A stretch of DNA of 64,000 nucleotides, taken from positions 78,779,623 to 78,843,622 of the forward strand of contig NC_057719.1 of NCBI RefSeq assembly GCF_004010195.1, written 5' to 3'. The position numbers and the translations under genes are program-made. Source of the stretch: Chiloscyllium plagiosum. Its lineage: Eukaryota. Position 1 is the stretch's first letter, and every line of letters starts with the position of its first letter. This document shows positions 1 to 12,109 of this stretch, in pieces. The notes beneath the pieces were generated by a model. The model ran no database searches. It was not told the DNA's origin and saw only the letters and a program-made list of their open reading frames with translations.

Positions 1-461
1 GCTGCGGCGACCACGGAGACAGAGTTCTTCCCCATAGCCGCGGAGGTCGCCAATCTGTTGGCGATTGTCTTCATGACGATGGCAGAGCGGGTTGTCTGTG
101 CGGCGATCCCGGAGGCGGTTGTTTGGGCCGCGATCATGAAGGTTGCGAGGTCGGTGGGGGCGGAAGTGACGTCATCGTCTGCGGCGTCTGCGGCTATTGC
201 CGCGGGCGCTGTAGCGGCCGCGTGTGTAATGGCGCCGGACTGGTTTCGGAGGCCGATGGAAGTTTCTGGAACGGTTGAGGAATCCGGAGTTTGGGGGTAA
301 GTGCATGAAAGTTTTTGGTACTTACTGCCTTTAATTTCCGATATGGCTAGAAAGAACGGTTTGTTCAGTCTATGGATTCTTCTGTAAATGAAGAACAGTA
401 GAGGTCCTTTACAGGTCTGTTCAGTCTATGGATTCTTCTGTAAATGAAGAACAGTAGAGGT
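1..461 (-). mobile_element. 5' portion of a young Penelope-like element ORF (runs off the window start)
   Basis: Minus-strand frame open from about 419 to <1: QTCKGPLLFFIYRRIHRLNKPFFLAISEIKGSKYQKLSCTYPQ...Ala/Thr-rich linker. CpG-rich (little decay). Resembles the N-terminal region of shark PLE ORFs as I recall it; the RT is not visible in the window. Confidence 0.55.
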
Positions 462-576
462 ATTCCTACCCAAGGACCCTGGTTATGCTCAGAGCGTATA
501 CTGAGCCTAGATTCTAAGAAGTCACAAGCACCTAATGAAACACCACTGAAGAGAAAGAGAAACAGGGACTAACTGT

Positions 577-922
577 GGCATGGCACGGTGGCTCTGTGGT
601 TAGCATTACTGCCTCACAGCCCCAGGGATTCAGGTTTGATTCCAGCATCGGATGACTGTCCGTCTGGAGTGTGCACATTCTCCCAGTCTCTGTGTGGGTT
701 TCCTCCGGGTGCTCCGGTTTCCTCCCACAGTCCAAAAATGTGCAGGTTAGGTGGATTGGCCATGCTGAATTACCCATAATGTCCAGGGCTATTCAGGCTA
801 GGTGGATTAGCCGTGGGAAATGCAGGGTTACAGGAATAGGGTCTGGGTGGAATGTTGTTTGGAGGGAAAGGTATGGGACTCGATGGGCTGAATGGCCTGC
901 TTCCACACTACAGGGGTTCTAT
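577..922 (+). mobile_element. HE1/V-SINE-type tRNA-derived SINE
   Basis: A-box-like GGTGGCTCTGTGGTTAGCA, B-box-like GGTTTGATTCC, central GGGTTTCCTCCGGGTGCTCCGGTTTCCTCCCACAGTCCAAA, and a CR1-like 3' tail. Confidence 0.85.
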
Positions 923-2873
923 AATTAAACTCTGGGGGGTGTACAGTATTCTTAAATGTGAATGCTCACAAAGTCATGCTTCAATATTGAAGGCTTGGAA
1001 GACCACGTGACAAAAAAATCAACATGCTAACAGCAAATAGGTTACAACACCTACAAGCTGAGTACACTCAAATGTGGAGTACAGCTCTCCAAAAGGTTAA
1101 ACCATCACAAGGTCCAGATGAAGTGTTATACCATCCATACCATTATCTCGACTCTTAGAATTAAGAACTGAAAAAAAACATTTGTGTGCAGCTACCTAAT
1201 GTATGCAAACTTCCTCTGTAAATGCATATCCTTTTACCTTGGGTAAAAAGAGGTATTGTCTTGTATTACTACTTTAAGAATTGACAGTAATGAACCAAGG
1301 AGTAGCATGCAACACGTGGCCAGCAGCTATGATGAGTCAGAACTGCAGCAGACTACATTAAGGATGTGTACATAAGGCGCACCGTGACTACAATTTATCA
1401 GTTCACCTGTCAAGTAAACCTGTTTGACATTTCAAGTAAATTGAACCTATGCTACTTACCAGTCCAGTGGGAAATTGGTAATTCTGTGATAAAGAAACCA
1501 ACACGAGAGTATGAGATGTACACATCATTCAAAGTTATACAGATCCAGATTCAATCTGAAGGCTTGTGCTGAATTAGCTGATCTCAATAGAGCAATAGAT
1601 GAGCAATAAAGCACAAGAGGTCCTAAATTGATGCATCCCACCAGGTAATAGGTCAATTCTTGTTGAGGTAGCAGAGACCTCATCATCTGCAGAACCAGTG
1701 AAACATACATTATCAGGGAAGGCCCTGCAAATCTAGTGCAAGTCAAACATTGGAAAGACCAATTAGCAGGCCTTTGCTTGGAATTATGACCCCAGCAGGG
1801 AGTGGTTCTTAGCGAATAACTCCCTGCCTGTGTCCAGACCGTCAATCAGTTACTGGTCACCTTTGATCAAGGGAAATAACCCATAGCTGACTGTCTCAAC
1901 ATACTGACCTACTGGGAATGTCACATGGTGCCAGGCCTGCTTGTATCTGGTCTCATCCCAATGCTTTTAGACTGGAGCCTATAAGTAGTCCTCAATCGGT
2001 CACCGATAGATCTCAGTCGGTGATGGGACAGAACCTCACCATTGGTTTTACTGCCCCAAATGGAGGTGAGAAGGTGGGCTGTGGTTTGGATGTGACTCTA
2101 CCCAGCCTAAAGGAGCACCCTTCCTGCCTTCAACCTGACCACCTCCCGGAGCAGAGGGTTTTGTATCATGTTTATCTTTAATTCAGTAACTAGGGTAAAA
2201 TGACAAACCCTATCATCCGGGGCGTGTTCATATTTAAGAAAAGTGCAAATGAGATTAAATGTGAAAAGATAGTGGGAGGGTGTATACTCACCCTGATTAT
2301 GTCTCACTCAGGATGGCCCCTCTCCCATCTGCTCATACACAAAGCTTACAGATGGTGTACTTCCAACAATCCCTTCCTTAAATTGAGCTGAGGTGACTCA
2401 AACTAGCAATCAATTCAATAGCAATCAACATCTATTAAAGCCCTAGTCAGGCTTCAAGTGATTGACAGTTCACTACCACTCAGTCAGCTAACTTATTAAT
2501 CTTTTAACTAGACCACTGAGCTTTTAAAAAAAAAACAAAGGAAGACCATCCAGTTCATTGCCCAATGCCCATTGCTCCAAATTCCCAGATACATATACTT
2601 ACTTGGGATATGCTCTCTCCCAACTATTCATACACAACGCTTCCTCTTCAAGGACTTGCTGTTGTCTCTCGCCTACTCTGTATATCTGAGCAGCAACTAA
2701 TGTGTGTTACAGCTTCTGGAAGCTAAAGGAAGGTAGAAAATGGAGCAACTCATTCTCCCTCTATACTGAATTACAAATGTACTACATTCCTAACTGCACA
2801 CCGTGTCCATGTCTCACTCAAGTATATCCCTTACTCCATCTTCAGTGCAGTAACAAATAAATATTTATTACAG

Positions 2874-2925
2874 GCTCCATATTTTTGGCCATCGAACTGC
2901 TGGGAACCAGAAAACACAGACTATG
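2874..2925 (+). CDS. RGS6: RGS6 exon ([17 protein letters not shown]), end of DEP region
   Basis: ttacag|GCTCCA...GACTATG|gtaagt; 52 nt, phase 0 to 1; peptide matches vertebrate RGS6 (RGS7 has TPYFW). Confidence 0.95.
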
Positions 2926-3971
2926 GTAAGTCTGCCTCTCATTTACTGCATTTCTGCAAAAGCCTGTGAATTTCTTTGACATTTCTCATGAAGGCAGAAA
3001 CACAATGGGAACTGAGGAGCAGGCTCCCCCCCAGTACCATATTCCCTTTGCCTTGTGTGATTTTATGCTCCATTTGCTGTTTCCTACCTTCAGGACTAAA
3101 TAAACACAGTGAGATACATGTATCCTCTGTCACTCTTCCTGGGTTGAGTTGGCTGGTTTCTATACATGATGCATGAGCAAATATTTATTCTTCTCCACCG
3201 GATAATGCATATTTTTTGGAGACTGGTCTCCCAGTGTGGAAAGTCACTTGTCAGAAGCACACATTAATCAACTGGGTTGGACCCGTCCTCTCTTGATGCT
3301 AAGTCTCCTGGTATTTCAGATAATACTTGTATAATTCATCCCATATCATAAACTCATACCTGTAATTCATTCACCCACAGTCCTTGAGAATGAGTCTGTA
3401 TTCCACCAGTCTTCAGAAATGCATTATCAAAATTCAGTGCCCAGTACATTTTGACATCAGGTAGGTGTAAAAGAAATTTTCCTGACCAGGAACAAGGAGC
3501 CTTACAGCTAGTTCAGTCATTAAATGTCTCTTTGTGTGTAAAGTTTCAACATGGTATGGTTATTGGTGAAGCAGCAGTTGATGGTTATCTTGTATTATTT
3601 AGAACTAGTACCTGTCTCAGTTGAGTCTCCTCTGACTCTCCTAAACTTCAAAGGATACAGGCCTAGCCTGTCCTCGTAAGGCAAACCACTCATTCCAGAA
3701 ATTAGTCTAGTAAACCTTCTCGGAACTGCTACCCATGCATTAACATTCTTTCAAACGTACAGTGACCAGTATTGTCACTGCGTATACTTAAGAAAGAAAT
3801 GGATATTTTTCTAGAGGTTATGGGTGAAAAGATCTATGGGGAGAGAGTGGGAGTATAGATTTAAGATAGAGCATCAACTGTGATTGTATTGAATGGTGAA
3901 GTGGTGTCCTGTTCCTAATTTCTATGTCATGTGAGAAATAGGTGCGGGTTATATGGCCCCCTCAAGCTTTC

Positions 3972-5255
3972 AGTGTCTAACACATTCTACCCCGACCTTA
4001 AATTCACCCATCTCTGACACGTCCCTCCCCTTCCTGGACCTCTCCATCTCCATCAATGATGACCGACTTAACACTGACACTTTTTACAAACAAACCGACA
4101 TGGATTACACTTCTTCCCACCCTACCTCCTGTAAAAATGCCATCCCGTATTCCCAATTCCTCCGCCTTCACCGTATCTGCTCCCAGGAGGACCAGTTCCA
4201 CCACAGAACACACCAGGTGCCCCCCTTCTATAAAGACCGTAATTTCCCTTCCCACGTGGTTGAAGATGCCCTCTAATGCATCTCATCCACATCCCGCACC
4301 TCCAACCGTAACAAGGACAGAACCACACACCCCCGGTCCTCATCTTCCACCCCACCAACCACTGCATAAACTGCACCATCCACCGACATTTCCACCACCT
4401 CCAAACAGACCCCACCACCAGGGATATATATCCACTTTCCGCAAAGACCATTCCCTCCGTGACTACCTGGTCAGGTCTACACCCCCAACAACCCACCCTT
4501 CCCTCCTGGCACCTTCCCATTCCACCGCAGGAATTGCAAAACCTGAAGCCTTACCTCCCCCCTCACCTCCATCCAAGGCCCCAAAGGAGTCTTCCACATC
4601 CATCAAAGTTTTGCCTGCACATCCACCAGTGTCACCCGTTGCTCCCGATGCGGTTTCCTCTACACTGGGGAGATTGGACGCCTTCTCACAGGGAGCTTTA
4701 GAGAACATCTCTGGGACACCCGCACCAATCAACCTCACCGCCCCATGGCCCAACATTTCAACTCCCCCTCCCACTCTGCCGAGGACGTGCAGGTCCTGGG
4801 CCGCCTTCACCGCCGCTCCCTCACCACCTGGTGCCTGGAGGAAGAATGCCTCATCTTCCACCTCGAAACACTTCAACCCCCGGGCATCAATGTGGACTTC
4901 ACCAGTTTCCTCATTTCCCCTGCCACCAGTTTCAACCTGCTAGCTCAGCACCATCCTCATAACCTGTCCCACCCGCCAATCGTCCTTCCCAACTATCCGC
5001 TCCATCCTCCTCGCCCTCGTATCACCTTCATCCCCACCTCCATCCACCCATTGTACTCTTTACTACCTTCTCCCCAGCCCCACTCCCCTCCCATTTATCT
5101 TTCTACCCCAGAGGTTCCCAGCCTCATTCCTGATGAAGGGCTCCTGCCCGAAATGTCGATTTTCCTGCTCCTCAGATGCTGCCTGACCTGCTGTACTTTT
5201 CCAGCACCACTCTAATCTAGAGTCTGATCTCCAGCATCTATAGTACCCACTTTCA
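3972..5255 (+). mobile_element. 5'-truncated Penelope-like element: RT C-terminus, GIY-YIG endonuclease remnant, pseudo-LTR with hammerhead
   Basis: LPFLDLSISI...DYTSSHPTSCKNAIPYSQFLRLHRICS (PLE RT/thumb); AQHFNSPSHS...LEEECLIFHLETLQPPGINVDF (GIY-YIG end); frameshifted; 13-bp TSD CCCTCAAGCTTTC at 3959-3971 and 5256-5268. Confidence 0.9.
5126..5161 (+). ncRNA. Minimal hammerhead ribozyme motif in the PLE pseudo-LTR (stem III altered by CpG decay)
   Basis: CTGATGA-A-GGGC(TCCT)GCCC-GAAA-TGTC at 5130-5157. Confidence 0.7.
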
Positions 5256-5538
5256 CCCTCAAGCTTTCGTCCTTACTCAGTAAGGTTATGACTGGTCTGA
5301 CTGTGGTCCGATTACTCCACTTTCCTGCTTGTGCCCCTTAATTGCCTTGGTAAGCAGAACTCTGTACACTGAACATATTCAGTGGCTCTGGTGTAGAAAA
5401 TGCCAAGAGATTTCCATCCTAAATGGGATACTCCTTATTTTCAAATGATGCCCCCTTGTTCTAGATCTCCTGCAAGGAGGGAACCTCCTTTCATCACCTA
5501 CCCTGTCAAGTCCCCTCAGAATCAGGAAGACCACTTCT

Positions 5539-5747
5539 GCGATTTTGGAGAAGGTTTATAGCTCAGGTTGTAAGTTTGCTCGCTGAGCTGGTGGGTTTGT
5601 TCTCAGACGTTTCATCACCATGCTCGGGTATCATTATCAGTGAGCCTCCAATGAAGCTTCACCAGAGGTTCACTGATGACGTTACCTAGCATGGTGACGG
5701 AATGTCTGACAACGAATCCGCCAGCTCAGCGAGCAAACTAACAACCT
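5539..5747. mobile_element. Fold-back PLE-derived mini-element, family B, hammerhead-like core on both arms
   Basis: Imperfect inverted repeat 5565-5747 centred on TGAAGCTTCA; + arm CTGATGA-C-GTTACC(TAGCAT)GGTGAC-GGAATGTC; TSD AAGA(C/T)CACTTCT at 5527-5538 and 5748-5759. Confidence 0.75.
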
Positions 5748-5921
5748 AAGATCACTTCTTCTGAATTCCAACAAGTCTTACTCAACCTCACCTTATAAGA
5801 AAATCCCTTAATGCAATGGATTAACCTAGTGAACATTATTTGAACTGCCTCCATTGCAGCTCTTACCCTCCTGAAAGAAATATGAACTCTGAGGCACCAG
5901 AGGTTTCAAGAAGGCTGCTGT

Positions 5922-6132
5922 GTGAGAAAAAAATTCAGTGCATTGGGCAGCCCATCAGGCAGCCAAGCTTGTGCATAATGTTGCATTAATGAGTCTCAAA
6001 GTATTAGATTAGATTAGATTAGATTAGATTAGATTAGATTACAGTGTAGTGAGAAAAAAATTCAGTGCATTGGGCAGCCCATCAGGCAGCCAAGCTTGTG
6101 CATAATGTTGCATTAATGAGTCTCAAAGTATT
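5922..6132. repeat. Perfect 84-bp direct duplication flanking (AGATT)7-ACAGTGTA, a SINE/LINE tail in - orientation
   Basis: 5922-6005 is identical to 6049-6132; insert 6006-6048. Confidence 0.9.
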
Positions 6133-6694
6133 GTGTAGTATTTAGAGACCATTCTGTTTAGCGGGGGCCCAATGGTCACCTCCATTGACACCACAGCAGA
6201 ACCCATCATGAGGGAGCACCCTATGACCGTTTCTATAGTAGCGCAAACTGGAAACCCAGGCAACAACCATCTTGGCATTGGAGATTGCTACTTAGAGGTT
6301 GCAGATTACCATATTCCAGTCATTTTTTCTTTTCCAAGTGGAACACTAGGAATGCTAAGGCAGCACACTGGAGAGAAGGAGAAGCACACAGTTGTTGCAC
6401 TCCTTCAGGATGTTAGTTTGACTGCTTGCTTGTAACCTATCCACCACTTTCTGACCGGAGGTGCCACCTCCTTTATATTGATAACACCTTAAGTTATCTC
6501 AGAACAGTGACTTGAAAGAAATTCTGGGATTTGCATATTAATCAATCAAAATCTGCACCTCCATTCCAACTGATTAAAGATTTAAGACCCATCTTAGGTG
6601 TGTTCAATTTGTTCGCATGTTTTGTATGACCCTTTGATCTTTTCCTTATAAATTCTGGTCTTCCTCTCTCACTAACATCTGATAAAGGAGTGAC

Positions 6695-8025
6695 AAGGTA
6701 TACATGCATTTGGAAAGAGAGGCTTTGATGAGGAGTAGTCAGCACGGCTTTGTGAGTGGGAGATGATGTCTCACAAATTTGTTAGAGTTCTTTGATGAAG
6801 TGACCAGGAAGGTTGATGAGGGCAGGGTGGTAGACATCGTCTCTATGGATTTCAGTAAGGCCTTTAAATAAGGTTCCACATGGCAGGCTGCTCTGGAAGG
6901 TTAGGTCGCATGGAATCCAGGGGGAGCTGGCAAGTTGGATGCGCAATTGGCTTGGTGGTAGGAAACAGAAGGTAATAGTGGAAAGATGCTTGTCAGACTG
7001 GAGGCCTGTGACTAGTGGAGTGCCTCAGGGGTGGGTGCTGGTCCCATTACTGTTTGTTATCTATATCAGTGACTTGGATAAGAATGTGCAAGACGTGATT
7101 AGTAAGTTTGCAGATGACACTAAAATAGGCAAAATTGTGGACAGTGAGGAAGGTTATCAGAAATTGCAGAAGGATCTTGATCAGCTGGGGAAGTGGACCA
7201 AGAAATGACAAATGGAGTTTAATAGAGACAAATGTGAGATCTTGCATTTTGGAAAATCAAATCAAAGTAGGAGTTTCATGGTGAATGACAGGGCCTTAAA
7301 GAGTGTAATGGAACAGAGGGACCTTAGAGTTCAGGTTCGCAGTTCTCTGAAAGTAGAGTCACAGGTAGACAGGGCAGTGAAGAAGGCTTTTGGCTCACCG
7401 GCCTTCATCAGTCAGGGCACTGAGTATAGAAGTTGGGAAGTTATGTTGCAGTTGTACAGGACTTCGGTGAGGCCGCACTTGGAATATTGTTGTCAGTTTT
7501 GGTTACCTTGTTATAGGAAGGATGCTATTAAACTGGAAAGAGTGCAGAAGAAATTTACAAGGATGTTGCCTGGACTCAATAATCTGAGACATAGGGAGAG
7601 GTTGGACAAGCTAGGAATTTTTTCTTTAGCTTGTAGGAGACTGAGGGGGGACCTTATAGAGGTGTATTAGATCATGAGAGGCATGGACGGGGTGAATGAA
7701 CTCAGTCTTTTTCCCAGGGTTGGGGAATCAAAAACTAGAGGGCATCAGTTTAAAGATCGAGGGGAAAGAATAAAAGGGAACCTGAGGGGCAACATTTTAC
7801 ATAAAGGGTGGTACGCATATGGAATGAGCTTCCACAGAAGGGTTGAGGCGGGTACATTAGCAACATTTAAAAGGCATTTGCACAAATACATGGATAGGAA
7901 AGGATTTTGAGGATATAGGCCAAATGCAGGGAAATGGGGTTAGCGTGGACAACAGTTTGGTCGGTATGGACCAGTTTGAGCAAAAGGGCCTGTGTCTTCG
8001 TGCTGTAGAACTCCATGACTCTATG
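6695..8025 (+). mobile_element. CR1/HER1-like LINE, 5'-truncated (RT to 3' end), degenerate
   Basis: VTSGVPQGWVL...[36 protein letters not shown]; 3' tail CTCCATGACTCTATG. Confidence 0.92.
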
Positions 8026-8519
8026 CCCTCAAGTTTTGAGAAAGGTCCCTGGAGGAGGACTGGGATAAGTTAGCAAGCACAGCACAGGACAGGTGTGAAG
8101 AATGTACTGAAAAGTCATCAGCCATTTTTGTTTAACATAATTTGTTTAACTTGTCCAGAACCCAAACCTGAAGCTAACATTGGACCCAAGTGTCTGAAAA
8201 ATTTGTGGTTTTTTCCCCCTGCTAGATTTGCTGCTGATGTTTAATTTTCAGTTGTGAAGAGAGTGCTATATTCAATAGGCAGAATTTCAGCAGCCCCACC
8301 CAGCGTGTTTGCAAACACCTTGCCCATAAAATTGCCCGAATGAACTTCACGCCACTGAAACTGACCTGTTCTTAATTTTACAATGGTCAGGCGATGCCGA
8401 GCCCCATTTGAGGCCCTTACGTAACCAATTAATGTCCATTCTGATCAGAAATCTGCACCACCTTCCTGCTTGCTGTATTTGGTGTTTAATCCAGCTCTTA
8501 GCACCTGCAAAGTTTGCCA

Positions 8520-8635
8520 AATGGACTGCAGTGGTTTGACAAGGCAGCTCACCAGAGCCTTCTCAAAGGGTAACTCGGGATGGGCAGTAAATACCAGCTC
8601 AACCAGCAACACCCACATCTTGAGAATGAATTTTA
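8520..8635 (+). mobile_element. 3' end of a second LINE family (also at about 23060-23180 and 26765-27240)
   Basis: Shared motif ATGGACTGCAG..AAGGCAGCTCACCA..CCTTCTCAAGGG.AACT.GGGATGGGCA.TAAAT..GCCCACAT. Confidence 0.6.
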
Positions 8636-9629
8636 GAAGTGCAGAGTGATGCATTGCCAAAAGTCTCCATTCCATACCTGCTGAAGGATGTCATGTCTAG
8701 TTGGACATCTCAGCAGATATATCCAAACAGAACAGTTTCCCAATTAACCAGGATGGGATCTCCAAATCTTCTGAAGGTAATAGAAATGTCAAAGGTTATT
8801 ACCACGCATAATACACACCAATAGAATCAACCCCTTTCTGCACTATTATGTTGGGGCGGCTACAAATCAGCCAGATTTAGAGGTCAGATTGATTAAAAAA
8901 CACATGCAGTGGAAGTGTCACAACAACTTGTCAGTTACAGTGCCATCCACTCTCAGATCTCATGGGCAGCAAGCCAAATCTTGCCAAACAAACCAAATAT
9001 TGGCATCCAATGGTACCATACTCACCTTTACAATTTACTTCTATGTAGCTTAACTCATCAAAGGAAAAGAATTGAAGTTGCTTAGTTCAATATGTAATCC
9101 TGGATTATGAGTATGAGTGAGGGGATGGTTAGAATATGCATGACAGACCATTAAACATCATCATTTTTTTCTCTTGAAAGAAACAAGCTACTGTATTAAG
9201 TACAAATGAAATCTTTATTAACAGCATGATAAATGAAACTACTTTGATCAATTTTTTTTGCGTACATCATTTCTGTGTACTGTATAATACCAACCCCCAT
9301 GGCCAAAATAGAAAAGATTAATTAAAAACAATGTTTTCTCTCTAATAAATCTATTATTCTCCCTCACATTTTACATTGCATTCCTTCTGAATTTACAAAT
9401 TGCATAGACGAGACATAAATCAACTTGAATTTGTTTTTGCATTAAACTGCATGGAAACTTAGAATTAATTTTTACTGAGAGACTAGCTTTTTACGAGATA
9501 ACCATAAATCTTGGCAGCAGTTTTCATCTCGGCCATGTAGCTCATTTGTCAGATAAAAGAAATTGCTTTAACAGGGTAATTCGCTTGATGAACAATTTTC
9601 TGACCACATGAGGATTGCCATTCCATCTC

Positions 9630-9647
9630 AGAGAGAGAGAGAGAGAG
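9630..9647. repeat. (AG)9 microsatellite
   Basis: Direct reading. Confidence 0.9.
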
Positions 9648-9954
9648 CCAGATGAACATGGAAATTTGTTTCTCCTTCCGAAGTATTTGTCCATCAGTAT
9701 AAGATGTTTGCAGGGCCTGTCCAGGTCCTTCGCTTTTGTTGCCGTTTGGTGATGACTTGTTTCAGATTGCTTCCAGCACTGCTCTTAGTCAGCCACCAAG
9801 AACTGCCCATTCCAAAACAGGAATTTGGAGCCATTTGGCGCCTTGGGTTTGCTTCACCATTCACTAAAACTCTGGCTGATCTGTTTGTGTCTCAAATTTC
9901 CAACTACCCCAACAACCTTTAATTCCTCCCTTTAACAAGAATCCATCTACCTCG

Positions 9955-10246
9955 TAGAATTATCAAATCCCTACAATGTGGAAACAGGCAGGTCAGCCTA
10001 TCGAGTCCACACTGACCCTCTGAACAGCATCCCACCCAGACCCATTCCCCTTACCCTATCCTTGTAACCTTACATTTCCACCTAGCCTGCATATCCCCGG
10101 ACTCTATGGGCAATTTAGCATGGCCAATCCACCTTTGGACTGTGGGAGGTAACCAGATGAAACACACGCAGGCATGGTGGGGCAGAATGCGCAAACTCCA
10201 CACAGACTGTCACCCGAGACTGGAATTAAACCTGAGTTCCTTGTGC
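9955..10246 (-). mobile_element. HE1/V-SINE-type SINE, diverged
   Basis: Reverse complement of the SINE body (GGGCAATTTAGCATGGCCAATCCACC...CAAACTCCACACAGAC). Confidence 0.8.
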
Positions 10247-10351
10247 TTTAAAGGTTTTCAAGGCCCTGTTTCTGCTGCCTTCCACTTCAAAATTGTACAA
10301 TCATCTAAGAGGGAAATTAAAACCTCCTCATCTCTGACTCAAAATTAATGA

Positions 10352-10770
10352 AGGAGAAAATGAGGACTGCAGATGCTGGATATCAGAGTCGAGAGTGTGG
10401 TGCTGGAAAAGCACAGCAGGTCAGGCAGCATCTGAGGAGCAGGTGAATTGACATTTAAGGCATAAGGAGAAAGTGAGGTCTGCAGATGCTGGAGATCAGA
10501 GATGGAAATGTGTTGCTGGAAAAGCGCAGCAGGTCAGGCAGCATCTAGGGAACAGGAGAATCGACGTTTCGGGCATTAGCCCTTCCTGAAGAAGGGCTAA
10601 TGCCCGAAACGTCGATTCTCCTGTTCCCTAGATGCTGCCTGACCTGCTGCGCTTTTCCAGCAACACATTTCCATCATTTAAGGCATAAGCCCTTCATCAG
10701 GAAATGTCGATTCTCCTGCTCTATGGATGCTCCCTGACCTGCTGTGCTTTTCCAGCACCACACTCTCTAC
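10352..10770. mobile_element. Nested pair of fold-back PLE-derived mini-elements, family A (inner element about 10465-10675)
   Basis: Outer element is interrupted by an inner one with perfect 85-bp arms (10501-10585 / 10591-10675); duplicated target CATTTAAGGCATAAG at 10452-10466 and 10675-10689; sequence matches the PLE 3' end at 5126-5255. Confidence 0.9.
10582..10618 (+). ncRNA. Intact minimal hammerhead ribozyme core (dimer-type, palindromic stem III)
   Basis: CTGAAGA-A-GGGC(TAAT)GCCC-GAAAC-GTC at 10586-10613. Confidence 0.75.
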
Positions 10771-10915
10771 CCCAAAGTTAATGAAGTAGGCATTGGTTAA
10801 TGGACAGTTGCAATCAATGACAAATCCCCATCTATCTCATGACCCACTCAATCCAATGCTCCCCACTTATAGCAAAATGTCAGACAATTCTTAAACGTGG
10901 CAAGTGTTTTGTATT

Positions 10916-11238
10916 ATAGAATCTCCATAGTGTGGAAACAGGCCATTCGGCCCAACAAGTCCACACCGACCCACCAAAGAGTATCCCACCCAGACTTATC
11001 CTCCTACCCCATCTCTGTAACTTTCCATTTCCCATGGCTAACTCACCTAGCTTGCACACCTCTGGACACTACAGACAATTGAGTGTGGCCAATCCACCCT
11101 AACTGCACATCTTTGGACTGTTGGAGGAAACTGGAGCAGCCGGAGAATGTGCAAACTTCACACAGTCACCTGAGGCTAGAATCGAACCTAGGTCCCTGGC
11201 GCTGTGAGGTAGTAATGCTAACCACTGAGTCACCATGC
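10916..11238 (-). mobile_element. HE1/V-SINE-type SINE
   Basis: Tail ATAGAATC...GTGTGGAAACAGGCC; head reverse complement ...GCTAACCACTGAGTCACCATGC. Confidence 0.85.
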
Positions 11239-12109
11239 TGTAGTTCACCAGACAAGCACACCAGTAGCTTCTTTGTTCCTTTCTTTCTTTTAAAATACTA
11301 TACAATCTCCATAAAAACTCCTACTTTCTACTCTTTTGAAACTTCAATTAATGAGACAGTGGTAACACCAACCGAAACAAAATCAATTAGTCAATGGAAT
11401 CCTCTGAGTCTGCAAATGAATCTTACCCAATTCAAATTGAAACAACATTACCTGGGGTAATAATGCATCCTAGACTCTGTGGTTCCCACCCAGTCTATAA
11501 AGGCCTCTATGATGCTTATAGACACCACATATTCCCTTTCAATGGATATTTGAACACAGCCATAACTGGAGAAATGGGGCAATGCTCCTTTCAATAGTAG
11601 GTTTAGTGACCTGTTTTATTAGCTGTTCAGTAAAGCGATTCTTAGCAAGAAATGGCATGGAATTCATCTGTAGTGTTTTGCACAACTTCAAATAATCCAG
11701 TTAGGCATAATTACAAAGACTATCAGGAACCAGCAATAATACATCTGATGCCGTTTGGAGGTAAACTGATTCTCCAGTTGAGACTGTGTGACATCATCAG
11801 ATTGGGCAGCTTGTAGTGCAATCTCTAACATTTATAACATTATCTTATGCAATAGACTGTGTCATCTTTAATCTCATGAAATCAGTCTTTACTGACCTTC
11901 CCTCGTTCAGCATTTCCCTATGAAGCCTGTTCAATTCCTTAAATTAAATTACATTAAATTCCTTACCTGACTGATCAGCTGAGGCTGCCTTATCCACTTA
12001 CAAATCGTTTTGTGCAATATGTTATGGACAGATTGCAAATTGTAATATGAATTCTGAATACTTGTCCTTAAGGGATTGTGACTTAATTTTCCCCATTTTT
12101 AATCTGTGA

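Noticed and set aside
1..300. CpG-island promoter or the + strand 80-aa ORF
   Set aside because: Better explained by the longer minus-strand retroelement-like frame inside an RGS6 intron.
577..660. tRNA genes (here and at the other GGTGGCTCAGTGGTTAGCA sites)
   Set aside because: These are tRNA-derived SINE heads continuing into SINE body and LINE-like tail; no complete cloverleaf.
4056..4943. 295-aa Pro/His-rich ORF as a novel gene
   Set aside because: Mostly an off-frame reading of the C-rich, frameshifted Penelope-like element.
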